This document shows, piece by piece, positions 1 to 9,523 of a stretch of DNA of 64,000 bases. Under the pieces are notes generated by a model. It had not been told where the DNA came from and did no database searches. It saw nothing but the letters and a program-made list of their open reading frames with translations. The first letter of the stretch is position 1; each line of letters opens with the position of its first letter. Source of the DNA: Rhodosorus marinus CCMP1338 (lineage: Eukaryota; Plantae; Rhodophyta); assembly GCA_029953675.1 (NCBI GenBank), contig JAMWBK010000001.1:1302001-1366000 (forward strand). The letters are read 5' to 3'. Made by a program: the position numbers and the translations under genes.

Positions 1-300
1 AGCACGAATGCCGGGGGAAGACAAGGCCCCCGCATATTTCAACTCTTTGCGACGTCTCATATTGGCAGCGGCAAATCCACGGCGCTATCCCCAAGCAGGT
101 AAACAGCGACCAGCCTGAGGATTAGGAACAACAAGATCAACGTACGTCGTACGGCGGTTATCGTCACACGAGGTCAGCCACGCGGCGTTCATCATTCTGG
201 TAGTCTGGGACAGGCAGGGGCTTCTCACGTTCAAATTCAAGACCGGCTTGTCGTACGATAGGTCGAAGTTCGCGGTATAACAGGTTCAAGATCCGTGCAT
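1..300 (-). mobile_element. Diverged family-B-like non-LTR retrotransposon, RLE-coding 3' fragment (runs off window)
   Basis: Colinear with the family B endonuclease region at ~53270-53570 (e.g. ggaagacaag, caagatcaacgta, aggttcaagatccgtg) but with many substitutions. Confidence 0.8.
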
Positions 301-301
301 G

Positions 302-436
302 TCGGGTTGTGCCAAGTGGGGTGGGTTTTTTTGCCGTTTACGACCCCGAAGTAGTTAAACCCGTTAAAACAGGGGGTTTTATGGGGGGGTTTGGGTAGTA
401 AACAGCAAAAAACCCGACCCACTTGCCGCAACCCTA
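302..436. mobile_element. ~135 bp non-autonomous TIR element (MITE, hAT-like ends)
   Basis: ~37 bp imperfect TIRs: gggttgtgccaagtggggtgggtttttttgccgtttac vs gtaaacagcaaaaaacccgacccacttgccgcaaccc. Related copy at 39359-39502. No TSD found. Confidence 0.6.
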
Positions 437-760
437 CACTAAGATTCATAGTCTTGTCATCGGGAGCGCCTTGGATTTGCCGATGCCAGTATATAAGTCA
501 AAGTGGTGGCTGTGAGTTGTTGTCGAGGATTGGGGTTTTGTTTCTTTTTCGGTCGCGAGCGTGTTCGTTTACGGGAAGCGCTTCCTCTGGTACGCCTTCC
601 CCTCGATTTTCCGCGGTGCGTCGTTTGCATTTGCAACTACTTCTGTCTTCCGGGTGGGTGTGTTGCGGGGCCTTTCCTATTTGGGTTGGGTTTGGTCGAT
701 TATTCTCTCGGTGCGGTTTCATATTGGTGGTGCAACGTTTACTTTGCGCATTCCCTCAGG

Positions 761-2170
761 ATGGTAGGGATATCTCCGCGCTCGACGGAGCCTCCTCCCA
801 AGGAGGCACTGCCAGGTGGGGGACTCCGTATTCGCCTCAGCTGCGGCACGTTTTCTTCCGAGGTTGACTTGGAAGGCGCTTCTGGAACCCAGGCGCGTGC
901 ACTTATCTCCACTGTCACCAGCCTGATCACGGCTGCGAGTGATCGTGGAGTGCTCCCTCAGCTCACCCAGAAGCTAGGTGGGCTGGAATCGGGATTGCTG
1001 GCCGGGTCAAATTCAAATTCGGACGAGAATTTGAATTGCCCCAGAGTGGCAACGTTGGCTGAAGGCAGTCAACATCAGGTCAATCAACATGAACCTGTCC
1101 CGGGACAGGCGAGGGCGGTTGCTTCTGCACGGGACAGTACGACGTTGGGGAGCGGCAGGCCGGGCCAAAACGCGCTTCAGCGCTCGGGGACTCGAGGCAA
1201 TGGTGGTGGTGACTGTGCGGCAACCGGTGTGGAGGAGACTCCAGCTGTGGACTTCCCTCTCTTGGACCAGCCCTCAGGTGGTCACCAGCTCCCGGCTACT
1301 GCGGGGGCACGTGGTGGCCGCAAGGGGGGCGCTTCGTACGCATCACTCTTGCGGAAGGGCACCACTGCCACACGTACGGCGGCCATGCTCCGTTTACTAC
1401 CATCTCGCGAGCCTCAGGATGGACCTGTGGAGACCACTCTCCAATTTCTGTGGGTGCGAAATGTCCGGCCCCAGACTACACGAGGACAGGTTCCGTCTAT
1501 GCGAGACTTCCGGGACACTTTTGCGGAATCGTTAGGGTGCAGCCGGGGTGATTTCTTCTTCGCAAACTATGAGGGCCGCGATGTGCTTTTTTTGGTCTCC
1601 GCAACCGCCGCCAAGTACCTGGAGGCCTTGCTGGCGAAGCCTACCGAGCAGTGGCCTGAGAGCGCCCGGTGGCTGCGCTGCAACCCGCAGGTGGTTTTGC
1701 ACTTCGATTTTGACCGTTTCTCGGGCAATTTCCTGTCTCCGGGAGAAACGGCAGGGCTCTCTGAGCATGAGAGCAGCGTGAAGGCGGCAGCGATCCATTG
1801 GCTACGGATTCAGCGCCTTGAGAGGATCTTGTTGGAGCGGTTCCGGTCGGGCCCTCGTCACTTGCGCATGGCGGTATCCAGCTTCTTCGATCTGGAGAGG
1901 CGACTTGTGCTGACTTCGCGCTACAAGACAGAGCTGCAGCGGGTGGGGATTTTGGAGGGCTCTGCTTCCAGCACCACTTCCAGCGAGAGTGGTGAGGCAG
2001 GGGAGCAGACTGAGGGCATGGCGGTGGAGGACGCCCAGGTTACTTTGCTGAAGCCCGCGGGACCCGTTCCGCGAGCCTCGCGGAGTGGGCGGCTCACGAC
2101 TTTGGTGCGGATAGGAGGTAAGAGAGCGAGGACCGACTCCCCCGGGTCTAAGGGGGAGAAGCACGATTAG
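761..2170 (+). CDS. Family A ORF1 (469 aa; putative RNA-binding gag-like protein)
   Basis: Open frame 503-2170. First ATG (761) gives MVGISP, matching MVGVSP of family B ORF1. Intact and near-identical at 46656-48065. Central domain conserved with B ORF1. Confidence 0.8.
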   Translation: MVGISPRSTEPPPKEALPGGGLRIRLSCGTFSSEVDLEGASGTQARALISTVTSLITAASDRGVLPQLTQKLGGLESGLLAGSNSNSDENLNCPRVATLAEGSQHQVNQHEPVPGQARAVASARDSTTLGSGRPGQNALQRSGTRGNGGGDCAATGVEETPAVDFPLLDQPSGGHQLPATAGARGGRKGGASYASLLRKGTTATRTAAMLRLLPSREPQDGPVETTLQFLWVRNVRPQTTRGQVPSMRDFRDTFAESLGCSRGDFFFANYEGRDVLFLVSATAAKYLEALLAKPTEQWPESARWLRCNPQVVLHFDFDRFSGNFLSPGETAGLSEHESSVKAAAIHWLRIQRLERILLERFRSGPRHLRMAVSSFFDLERRLVLTSRYKTELQRVGILEGSASSTTSSESGEAGEQTEGMAVEDAQVTLLKPAGPVPRASRSGRLTTLVRIGGKRARTDSPGSKGEKHD

Positions 2171-2200
2171 CGCTCCAGCACGGCTGCGAGGTCGCAGCCT

Positions 2201-5200
2201 ATGGATCTACAGTCTTATGTCCTGAAGGGGGGCGGAGACTGGGGCATTTGGCGTACGCGTTTTCGGAGTTGGCTCCGGCGGTGGATTTCTTTGGAAGGAG
2301 GCTCGCTTCCCCTCCGTGGGGGCATTCCCCCAGTCGTCCTCCCTCGTGGAGACCTTCTAGTAGCTGGAACCCTTCTCGATTTCATCTTCACGAGCCTGGC
2401 TCGCAACATTCGGGACACAGTCATTTGGGCTTTTCTGGGGGTCATGCCGCGCCTGATTCTGGCCCCCATTCACACATCGGAGCGCAGATGGCGAGTACGA
2501 GACCGACTGGCGCTGTTCTTGAAGGGAGACTTCGAAGTACTACAGCGCAGCTATTTGGCGTCGTCAGCACCATCCGCCCGTCGGACTCGGCATGGCACAG
2601 TGTCGCCCGTGCCGGCTCGAGTACAGAAATTGGTAGCAGTGGGCGATTTAAGTCGAGCGGCGCGGGTTTTGGAGGGCCAGGCGCCTGTCCTCCCCTACGA
2701 TGATAGTCTCGCCCAGACGGTGTCGTCTTTGTTCCCTGAGTCCGACGTGGATTTGTCCCCTGAATTCGAGGTATTCTTGGACCGTCCGGAGTTGGCCAGG
2801 TTTCGCATCGATCTGACGCTCAGTGAGTCTGACCTGGAGGATTTGCTTCGTACCTCGCGTCGGGGACGCTGTCCCGGACCCTCCGGACTAAGAACAGAGC
2901 TATTGCAGGCCCTGAGCCAGCCTGGCCAGAGCGCGCTTCTGAGGATCCTTAACAAGTCGTTCCAGGGCGAATCGGGTGCGTCTGCGCCATGGGAACATCT
3001 CCGGCAGGCACAGCTTTGCTTGCTCACGAAACCTGACCACCAGCCGGCCCACCCGCGTCTCCGGCCGATCGGGATGGTGGAGAGCCTACGGAAGTTAGCC
3101 GGGAGGTGGCTATGCCAGCGCCTTCGCCAGCGCGTCACAGCGTTTATGGCGCCCTTGCAAGTAGGGGTGGGATTTTCTGGGGGTTGCGAACTGATCACCC
3201 ATGGGATCGAGCTAGAACGCGCCAGTAGGCCGGAGTGGGGAGTCTTGGTGGTTGATTTCCGGAACGCATTCAACAGCGTGTCGCGGACGCATGCGCTAGA
3301 GGTGCTCCGACGGGTGTTTCCGGAGGCGTGGCCGTTTCTATCGGGTATTTACGGAGGGGAGAGCCTCCCCTACTTGACAACGGAGGGCACTGTTTTTCAA
3401 GCACATACTGGCGTCCAACAGGGCGACCCTTGCGGACCTCTTCTTCATGCCTGTGCCCTACAGCTCGTACTTTTACGTCTTTCGACTGAGGTCTCGGATC
3501 TTCGAATCTGCGCGTACCACGATGACGTAACATTGCTGGGCACCCCTGACACCCTGGCTAGGGGGCTGACCGCGATCGAAGCGTTTGCACGTCGCGTCGG
3601 TTTGACTGTGGAAACAGAAAAATGTCGCTTTCTCCCCCCGAGGGACGTGTCGCTGACCTCTCTGCCACCCACTCTGCGACTAATCAGCGAACGTGAAGGG
3701 TTCGAACACCACGGCGTCGGATTGGGGACTGACAACTTTGTTCAAGCATCCTGCGAGCGAGTTTTGGCACGGCACAAGCAACTCACCGACGCCATTGAGC
3801 ACCTACCCGACAGCATGCTGCAATCGGCCTGCTTGCTTTCCCGCTTTTGTGCCGGTCCCAGACTCAACTACTGGTTGCGCAGCCTGCCTCCAGCTTGGGG
3901 CTCGTGGATCGCGGCTAAAGCCGACGAGATGACCCCGCAACACTGGGGAACGCTCTTGGATGAGCCCCTCGATCTTGAAGCTGCTCCCGACAGGGACTTG
4001 ATTCGTGCACAGATCGCTCTACCGTTGCGATTAGGGGGATTCGGCGTTGCAGACCGTGGGCTGGTATGCTCGCCAGCGGCGGTTGCCTCCTGGGCTACCG
4101 CGCTGCGAACGTTGGTGACCTTCCAGATGCGAAGTGCCTGCCTCTTGGCTCGAGCTTTGACCAACGAGGATCCAGTGACCCTGCCGCCCCCGCTTTTGAC
4201 AATTTATGATGGTCTTCAACACGCGTTCAGGAGGTGCAACGCCGTGCCGGACGCAAATCGGTCCGGCTTTCGTTCCTGGAGGGAGCTGTTATGGGGAAGA
4301 GCTGTAGCGATTGAGGATTCTCCCCTCGACCGAGTTCTTGCCGATGACGGAGAGGCTAGCCCCGGGTCACCTGTTGCAGACTACCCGGGTTTGAGCCGAT
4401 TGTGGAGCTCCCGCACTGATGTGATTCAACATAGCCTCACCTGGGGCCAACACAGTGCCGCTCACACAGTCATGCTCAATTCTCCTCTCACGCCGCCTAC
4501 CACTGCCGCTCGTCTCCGCGGCATGGGAGGCCACCTCTCGCACTTGTGGTTAACCACTCTACCGTCGTCATTGAGTCATCGTCTCGATGCTTTCCAGTTC
4601 CGTTCTGCCGCACGGATCTATCTCGGTTTGCCACAGGCTCCGTGGCACTCTAATCGGCCGTCTTTCTGTCAGGGATGTGAGAGCCGGATTGACGCTTGTG
4701 GCTACCACTTCCTGGGTTCCTGCGGACTGTTGCGAGGTCTCCGTACGAGGCGTCACACTCGCCTCAAGTACATCCTCAGCGAATTTTTGACTCGGATAGG
4801 GCATACGGTTGAGGTTGAGTCGGAACTGCCCAGATCAATCTCGGACTCTGCACCGCCCCGCTGTATAGCCGATCTCCTCGTCTCTGACGCTGCTGCCAGA
4901 CGCTCAACATATGTGGACCTTGCGATTACCTGCCCCGTGGCCAGCGCCCACCTCACCGCAGCCGCCCGCCGCCGGGGGGCCGCGGCTTCAGCCCTTCGAA
5001 GAGTTAAGGAACGACGGTATGCTGAGAGCATGGCCAGTCTGCCTTGCGCTGAGGGTCGCTCTCACCGGTTCCAGCCATTCATTGTGGAAAGCTTTGGTCA
5101 CGTGGATAAGTCGGGTTTAGAGTGGTTGCGGAAATGTTTTGCTGAGCATCCTACTGAATATTTGGCGCTCTTGAGGCGTTTAAGTGTCTCCCTTTGGCGA

Positions 5201-5275
5201 TATTCCAGCCACATGCTTTCCGAGGCGCGCCATCGGCGCCTGGGGTTGCATGCTTCATCTTCACGCCTTGCGTAG
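2201..5275 (+). CDS. Family A ORF2: reverse transcriptase + CCHC-type finger + PD-(D/E)xK restriction-like endonuclease (1024 aa)
   Basis: RT motifs RPIG, VDFRNAFNSVSR, GVQQGDPCGP, AYHDD, RLGGFG. C-terminal CQGC..H...C..RH and IADLLV...YVDL. A small deletion (cctccctagttattagt) alters the last residues relative to other copies. Confidence 0.95.
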   Translation: MDLQSYVLKGGGDWGIWRTRFRSWLRRWISLEGGSLPLRGGIPPVVLPRGDLLVAGTLLDFIFTSLARNIRDTVIWAFLGVMPRLILAPIHTSERRWRVRDRLALFLKGDFEVLQRSYLASSAPSARRTRHGTVSPVPARVQKLVAVGDLSRAARVLEGQAPVLPYDDSLAQTVSSLFPESDVDLSPEFEVFLDRPELARFRIDLTLSESDLEDLLRTSRRGRCPGPSGLRTELLQALSQPGQSALLRILNKSFQGESGASAPWEHLRQAQLCLLTKPDHQPAHPRLRPIGMVESLRKLAGRWLCQRLRQRVTAFMAPLQVGVGFSGGCELITHGIELERASRPEWGVLVVDFRNAFNSVSRTHALEVLRRVFPEAWPFLSGIYGGESLPYLTTEGTVFQAHTGVQQGDPCGPLLHACALQLVLLRLSTEVSDLRICAYHDDVTLLGTPDTLARGLTAIEAFARRVGLTVETEKCRFLPPRDVSLTSLPPTLRLISEREGFEHHGVGLGTDNFVQASCERVLARHKQLTDAIEHLPDSMLQSACLLSRFCAGPRLNYWLRSLPPAWGSWIAAKADEMTPQHWGTLLDEPLDLEAAPDRDLIRAQIALPLRLGGFGVADRGLVCSPAAVASWATALRTLVTFQMRSACLLARALTNEDPVTLPPPLLTIYDGLQHAFRRCNAVPDANRSGFRSWRELLWGRAVAIEDSPLDRVLADDGEASPGSPVADYPGLSRLWSSRTDVIQHSLTWGQHSAAHTVMLNSPLTPPTTAARLRGMGGHLSHLWLTTLPSSLSHRLDAFQFRSAARIYLGLPQAPWHSNRPSFCQGCESRIDACGYHFLGSCGLLRGLRTRRHTRLKYILSEFLTRIGHTVEVESELPRSISDSAPPRCIADLLVSDAAARRSTYVDLAITCPVASAHLTAAARRRGAAASALRRVKERRYAESMASLPCAEGRSHRFQPFIVESFGHVDKSGLEWLRKCFAEHPTEYLALLRRLSVSLWRYSSHMLSEARHRRLGLHASSSRLA

Positions 5276-5308
5276 CGCTTCAGGCTATGCTAGTAAAGTC
5301 AAGTATAT

Positions 5309-5565
5309 GAGACGTCGCAAAGAGTTGAAATATGCGGGGGCCTTCCCCAGGCGTTGGTGCTTCGGCTCCTAGCTCACCGCAGGGTACCTCCGATCATTGA
5401 GTTCACTGGTTTTCTGGATTCCGTTGGTTCTCGATGACTTCGGGAAATATTCCACAAACTCCGTGAACGTCTGTCCCCGTTTGTTTCCCCGTTTAAGTTT
5501 CTTGCTCTGTCATATGAAGGCTGCTTTGATGTTGGAGGCGCGCGATCTGCGTCGAGCTTAGTCAT
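5309..5565 (+). mobile_element. Degenerate B-like 3' fragment (the target of the family A copy; its left part is ~447-487)
   Basis: Decayed RRKELKYAG..IIE..GFLDSVGSR..LMLEARDLRRA similarity. Confidence 0.75.
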
Positions 5566-5609
5566 CGATAATAGTGTCAATATCTTCCTGGTACACATCG
5601 TCACGCCCT

Positions 5610-6494
5610 GACTTGCACCGTGCTGCATATGGCCGACTCCTCGCGCAGATGGTCTCATCTTCTCGCGCTCGCGCCCGCCTACGTAGTCTTGGAGGGGTTA
5701 TTAGCTCTCAGTGGCTCATGACCGTACCAGCCTTTCCGCCACTCACACTGTCGGATTTCGAAGTGCGTACTTCACTGCGCTTATACCTCGGCTTACATCA
5801 GCCCCCTTGGCCGTACGAGATGGGTTCGTCGTGCCCTCTCTGCTCTCAGACTGAAGACAACGCAGATTTTGGCGCCCACCTGCTCGCTAGTTGCCCGGCG
5901 GTGAAAGGTGCTCGAACCCGCCGCCACACACGGATCTTGAACCTGTTATACCGGGAACTTCGGCCTATAGTCCGGCAAGCCGGTCTGGAAATCGAACGTG
6001 AGAAACCTTTACCCGTCGCGGACTTTCAAAATGATGAACGCCGTGTAGCCGACCTGGTGATCACCTGTGACGACAGCCGCCGTACCACATACGTTGATCT
6101 TGCTGTTCCTAACCCTCAAGCTAGTCGTTATCTCCCGGCTGCGGGGGAGCGCCGTGGATCTGCCGCCGCCAGCATGAGACGCCGCAAAGAGATCAAATAC
6201 GCGGGGGCTTTGTCTTCCCCTGGTGTTCGTGCTTCGGCACTAGCACATCGCTTGGTACCCCTGATCATTGAGTGCTTTGGGTTCATGGACTCTGTTGGTT
6301 CTCGCTGGCTTCGGGAGTTGTTCCGCGAACGCCCTGACCGTCTTCAATCGTTGTTTACCCGCTTAAGTTTCCTGCTGTGGCGCATGAATGCCGCTTTGAT
6401 GTTGGAGGCGCGAGTACTTCGCCGCGCTTAGTCTTTTTTTCCCCTCGGGGGTTTTTTTTTTCAGCCTCCGATTAAACCATTCATTCATCATTCA
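5610..6494 (+). mobile_element. Family B 5'-truncated copy (RLE domain + 3' UTR + ATTC tail)
   Basis: Near-identical to 53013-53890 (minus). Ends cagcctccgattaaaccattcattcatcattca. Confidence 0.92.
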
Positions 6495-6499
6495 CCTTC

Positions 6500-7350
6500 C
6501 CCGGCGCCACACGACCCTGACCCTGACCGGCAAACCCTCTTCTTTTAGTTTTTTAATTGGTTGTTAAGAAAATCAACAGATGCTGTTAAATTCGAGTATA
6601 TTTCAATCTGCTAACGGCATTTTTTCGATTTATGTTGATTGAACGTGGACACAGAAAAAAAAACGTTGGGAGACTGAAATGCGTTTAAAAAAAGGTGGAT
6701 GAGGTTTGGGGTGCTAAGATTATTAGTCTTGTCATCGGGAGCGCTGTGGATTTACCAATGCCGGTACATGGGACGTCGGTAAAGAGTTGAAATATGCGGA
6801 GGCCTTGTCTTCCGCGCGCATATTGGTGCTTCGGCTCCTAGCTCATCGCCTGGTACCCTCGATCATTGAGTGCATTGGTTTTCTGGATTCCAACCGTAGG
6901 TTCTCGCTAGCGTCGGGAAATATTCCACATAACTCCGTCACCGTCCGTCCTCGTTTGTTTACTCGTTCATGTTTCTTGCTGTGCCGCATGAACGCTGCCT
7001 TGATGTTGGAGGCGCGCGATCTGCGCCAAGCTTAGCCTTTTTTCTCCCCTCGCGGTTTTTTCTTTCAGCCTCCGAGTAAACAAATTCGTCGATAAATGTG
7101 TCAATATCTTCGAAGTACACTTCGTCACCCCCAACACTCCCCCCCCGGCGCCCCACGACCCTGACCCTGTCCGGCAATCGCTCCTTTTTAGTTTTTTTAC
7201 TAGTCGTCTAAGACAATCAACAGATGCTTTAAATTCTAACACATTTCAATCTACAACGGCTTTTTTTCGATCTATGTTGATTGAATGTGGAGACGTAAAA
7301 GAAAACTGCAGGGAGATTGAAATGCGTTTAAAAAAGGCGGATGGGTTTTG
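6500..7350. repeat. Local direct duplication (6500-6710 vs 7140-7350; unit also includes the B-like fragment 6722-7090)
   Basis: Shared ccccggcgcc..acgaccctgaccctg...gaaatgcgtttaaaaaa. The ctaagatt..tagtcttgtcatcgggagcgc junction occurs at both ~438 and ~6713. Confidence 0.7.
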
Positions 7351-7537
7351 GGGAAGTCAATTATGAAGACTTGAACGGGAGTTGATATTTTGTTTTAGAG
7401 CATGTCTTCTTCGGTTACAGGTTATCTCCTAGTGACAATTTGCGACAAACCCTTGTATAGACATGATATGAATGGGTCCGAAGATTAACGAAATGGTGAG
7501 ACCCAACATTTCAGAGGCAATTCCGAGATGGACTGTC

Positions 7538-7545
7538 TATATAAG
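7538..7545 (+). promoter_or_regulatory. Candidate TATA box (TATATAAG) ~130 bp upstream of secreted-protein gene
   Basis: Conserved at the same position in all three paralogues (21542-21549, 33735-33742). Function not demonstrable from sequence. Confidence 0.35.
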
Positions 7546-7668
7546 CTTGTCCGGAGGCACGGTTCCCCTTTCGGCATGACTTTCGCTGTGGATGAACGTA
7601 CCTAGGTCTAGGCCAAAAGGCGCTTGAAGCATTGAGGAAAGGACGGGTTGCGGAAGACCAAAAGAAAA

Positions 7669-8643
7669 ATGATGGGCGGAAAAGTGATCTTTCTTCTACT
7701 CCTGGTGGTCATCACTATCGGTGTGGCACAAGACACATGTGCTTCATTTCAACTTCCTGTACCCACAACGGTTAGACCAAACGGCGACCCATCCACTTCT
7801 ACCAAGCGGGCCTTTTGGGGCGATAAATACTGCCGGAAGTTGACGGTGCCGGAGCTGGATGGAAGCGTGCCGGTAGTCTGTGTGAACACTAAGATGATCG
7901 ACGAAGACACGACCTGCCTAAAGATGAGGCTGCGAAACGTTAACCGGTCCCTGGTGAAGTCCCTCAAGATTGGCGTGCACCCAGATTGCAGTATGGTTCC
8001 TCCTGTTGGTGGGAACCCGAGGAGGTTCCAGAGCCAGAGACTTGGAAAGAATTTAGGCGCTGGTCAAGTCATAAAGTCAGTGAAGCTCTGTTTCGACAAA
8101 GTCCCAGCGACACAACCGTGCTGTCGGACAACTCGGTGTTTGGTGATGGAAGCAACTATTGAGGTCGATGGAGTGGACACGACAGTAGAAATCGATGACC
8201 CTAGATGTGGCGAGGAACCGACGTGTCCATACTACATCGGCTGTCCAAACGTGATCGACGAAGAGTCAGACACGAGAAGGGGTGTTAAATACTTTTATGG
8301 CACAGTTTCCGACGATGTAATACTTCTACCTGATGTCCCGAACACGGCGACCTATACCTACGACGGTAGAGACGTAGTACTTGGCGGCAACGGAAACGAT
8401 GTTGTGTTCGCCGGAGAAGGAGAGAATATTATGAAAGGGGGCTTGGGCGACGACCAGTTTTTTGCCAATGAGGACGGAGTAAACAGAGTTTACCTCGGTG
8501 GCGGCATTGATGCATTTGGCCCCTTCCTTGACGGTGGTGCAACTCCAGACTACTATTATGGAGGCCAGGGGAATGACTATTACTTCTCTTACAATCTGGA
8601 TTACAACGATGTTGTCCAAAGTTTTGATGGCCCCATCTCGTAA
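7669..8643 (+). CDS. Secreted Cys-rich protein with C-terminal RTX-like (GGxGxD) Ca-binding repeats, paralogue 1 (324 aa)
   Basis: Signal-peptide-like MMGGKVIFLLLLVVITIGVAQ; 12-Cys domain; GGNGND, GGLGDD, GGQGND repeats; intronless; two intact paralogues. Confidence 0.85.
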   Translation: MMGGKVIFLLLLVVITIGVAQDTCASFQLPVPTTVRPNGDPSTSTKRAFWGDKYCRKLTVPELDGSVPVVCVNTKMIDEDTTCLKMRLRNVNRSLVKSLKIGVHPDCSMVPPVGGNPRRFQSQRLGKNLGAGQVIKSVKLCFDKVPATQPCCRTTRCLVMEATIEVDGVDTTVEIDDPRCGEEPTCPYYIGCPNVIDEESDTRRGVKYFYGTVSDDVILLPDVPNTATYTYDGRDVVLGGNGNDVVFAGEGENIMKGGLGDDQFFANEDGVNRVYLGGGIDAFGPFLDGGATPDYYYGGQGNDYYFSYNLDYNDVVQSFDGPIS

Positions 8644-8659
8644 CCCCAGACTAACGTAA
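8642..8659 (-). mobile_element. 18-nt tail-only insertion matching the family C 3' end
   Basis: Reverse complement TTACGTTAGTCTGGGGTT is identical to 60612-60629. Flanked by 11-bp TSD CCCCATCTCGT (8631-8641, 8660-8670). Absent from paralogues 2 and 3. Confidence 0.8.
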
Positions 8660-9439
8660 CCCCATCTCGTCGTAGATGGGTAGGAGGAGGTTATTGTTCT
8701 CAGAGGTTTAGTGTAAACCACGGAATGTGTCCCTTACGAAAACTAAAACAAGGGGAGAAGGTAGAGGACCTCCCTCAATGAGATATCAGAAAAGCCCCTA
8801 ATCGCAAAAAGTTTTTGAGCAGACGATTCAGGTGCTATCGCATTGACCGCCAGCTAACCATTACAGCTCCAGAGAATCCTATTGATTCCTTTGCCGCTGC
8901 GGACCTCAAAGCGTCTTTTCTGCGTGCCTTCGGCGGCTTCCACCTGTTCCCCGCCGTCCACACGCTGCTTAAAGCATAGAAGAGAACACTCGACAATTTT
9001 GAGGGAGCCACAAAGCAAAGCAAAAAGGCAGAAACTGATATGGCAGATTGTGGGCGCCCCAGATAAACGCTTACATCCGTGATTGTCGGGATGACACCCC
9101 AGACTTAAGTAAAAACGCCTCCCTTTGTGTCGACGAAATCTGTTGGAACGGTCTCGCGGTCAGCGGTGACCGAACGCTCTCAGCATGTAGAAGGATGATT
9201 CGCACATCGTCATGCATACGGTAGGACCGATGTGAGAACGGTATACGGTAGAAAAACCTTATAGGGGTTCAAACGTTTGAAATAGTTTGAACGGTACAAG
9301 GCATCGACTATCACCACAATATAGTAGGTTACTTAAGTGCGAGATATCGACCCCAAGGGTCAGGGAAACAATAAAGAAACCATCGAAGTTTGGCTGACGG
9401 GACTTTGGTCAAGGTTGGGAATCCTCGAAAATTCCAACA

Positions 9440-9451
9440 TGGTCTCATCGC
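9440..9451 (+). promoter_or_regulatory. Primer-binding site TGGTCTCATCGC
   Basis: Abuts LTR end. Identical 12-mer after the LTRs at 13392-13403 and 58290-58301 (minus). Confidence 0.85.
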
Positions 9452-9523
9452 TTGGTGCGATTTTGTAAGAACTGCTTGGTGCGTTTTTACGGGAATAGGG
9501 ATTGCCCGTGGTGTTGCCTCAGG

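Larger units (their letters stand above)
495..5301 (+). mobile_element. Family A non-LTR retrotransposon (RT + restriction-like endonuclease, CRE-like), apparently full length
   Basis: Two long ORFs and 3' tail ggctatgctagtaaagtc. 7-bp TSD AGTATAT at 488-494 and 5302-5308. Removing the element rejoins a B-like fragment (ggatttgccgatgcc-agtatat-gagacgtcgcaaagag). Confidence 0.93.

Noticed and set aside
503-760. GTG-initiated 86-aa extension of family A ORF1
   Set aside because: It is GT-rich 5' UTR-like sequence. The ATG at 761 aligns with the B ORF1 start (MVGxSP).
9096-9112. accccagacttaagtaa, 15/17 match to the family C tail (minus)
   Set aside because: No TSD was visible and there are two mismatches. 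It may be an old micro-insertion but is not supportable.
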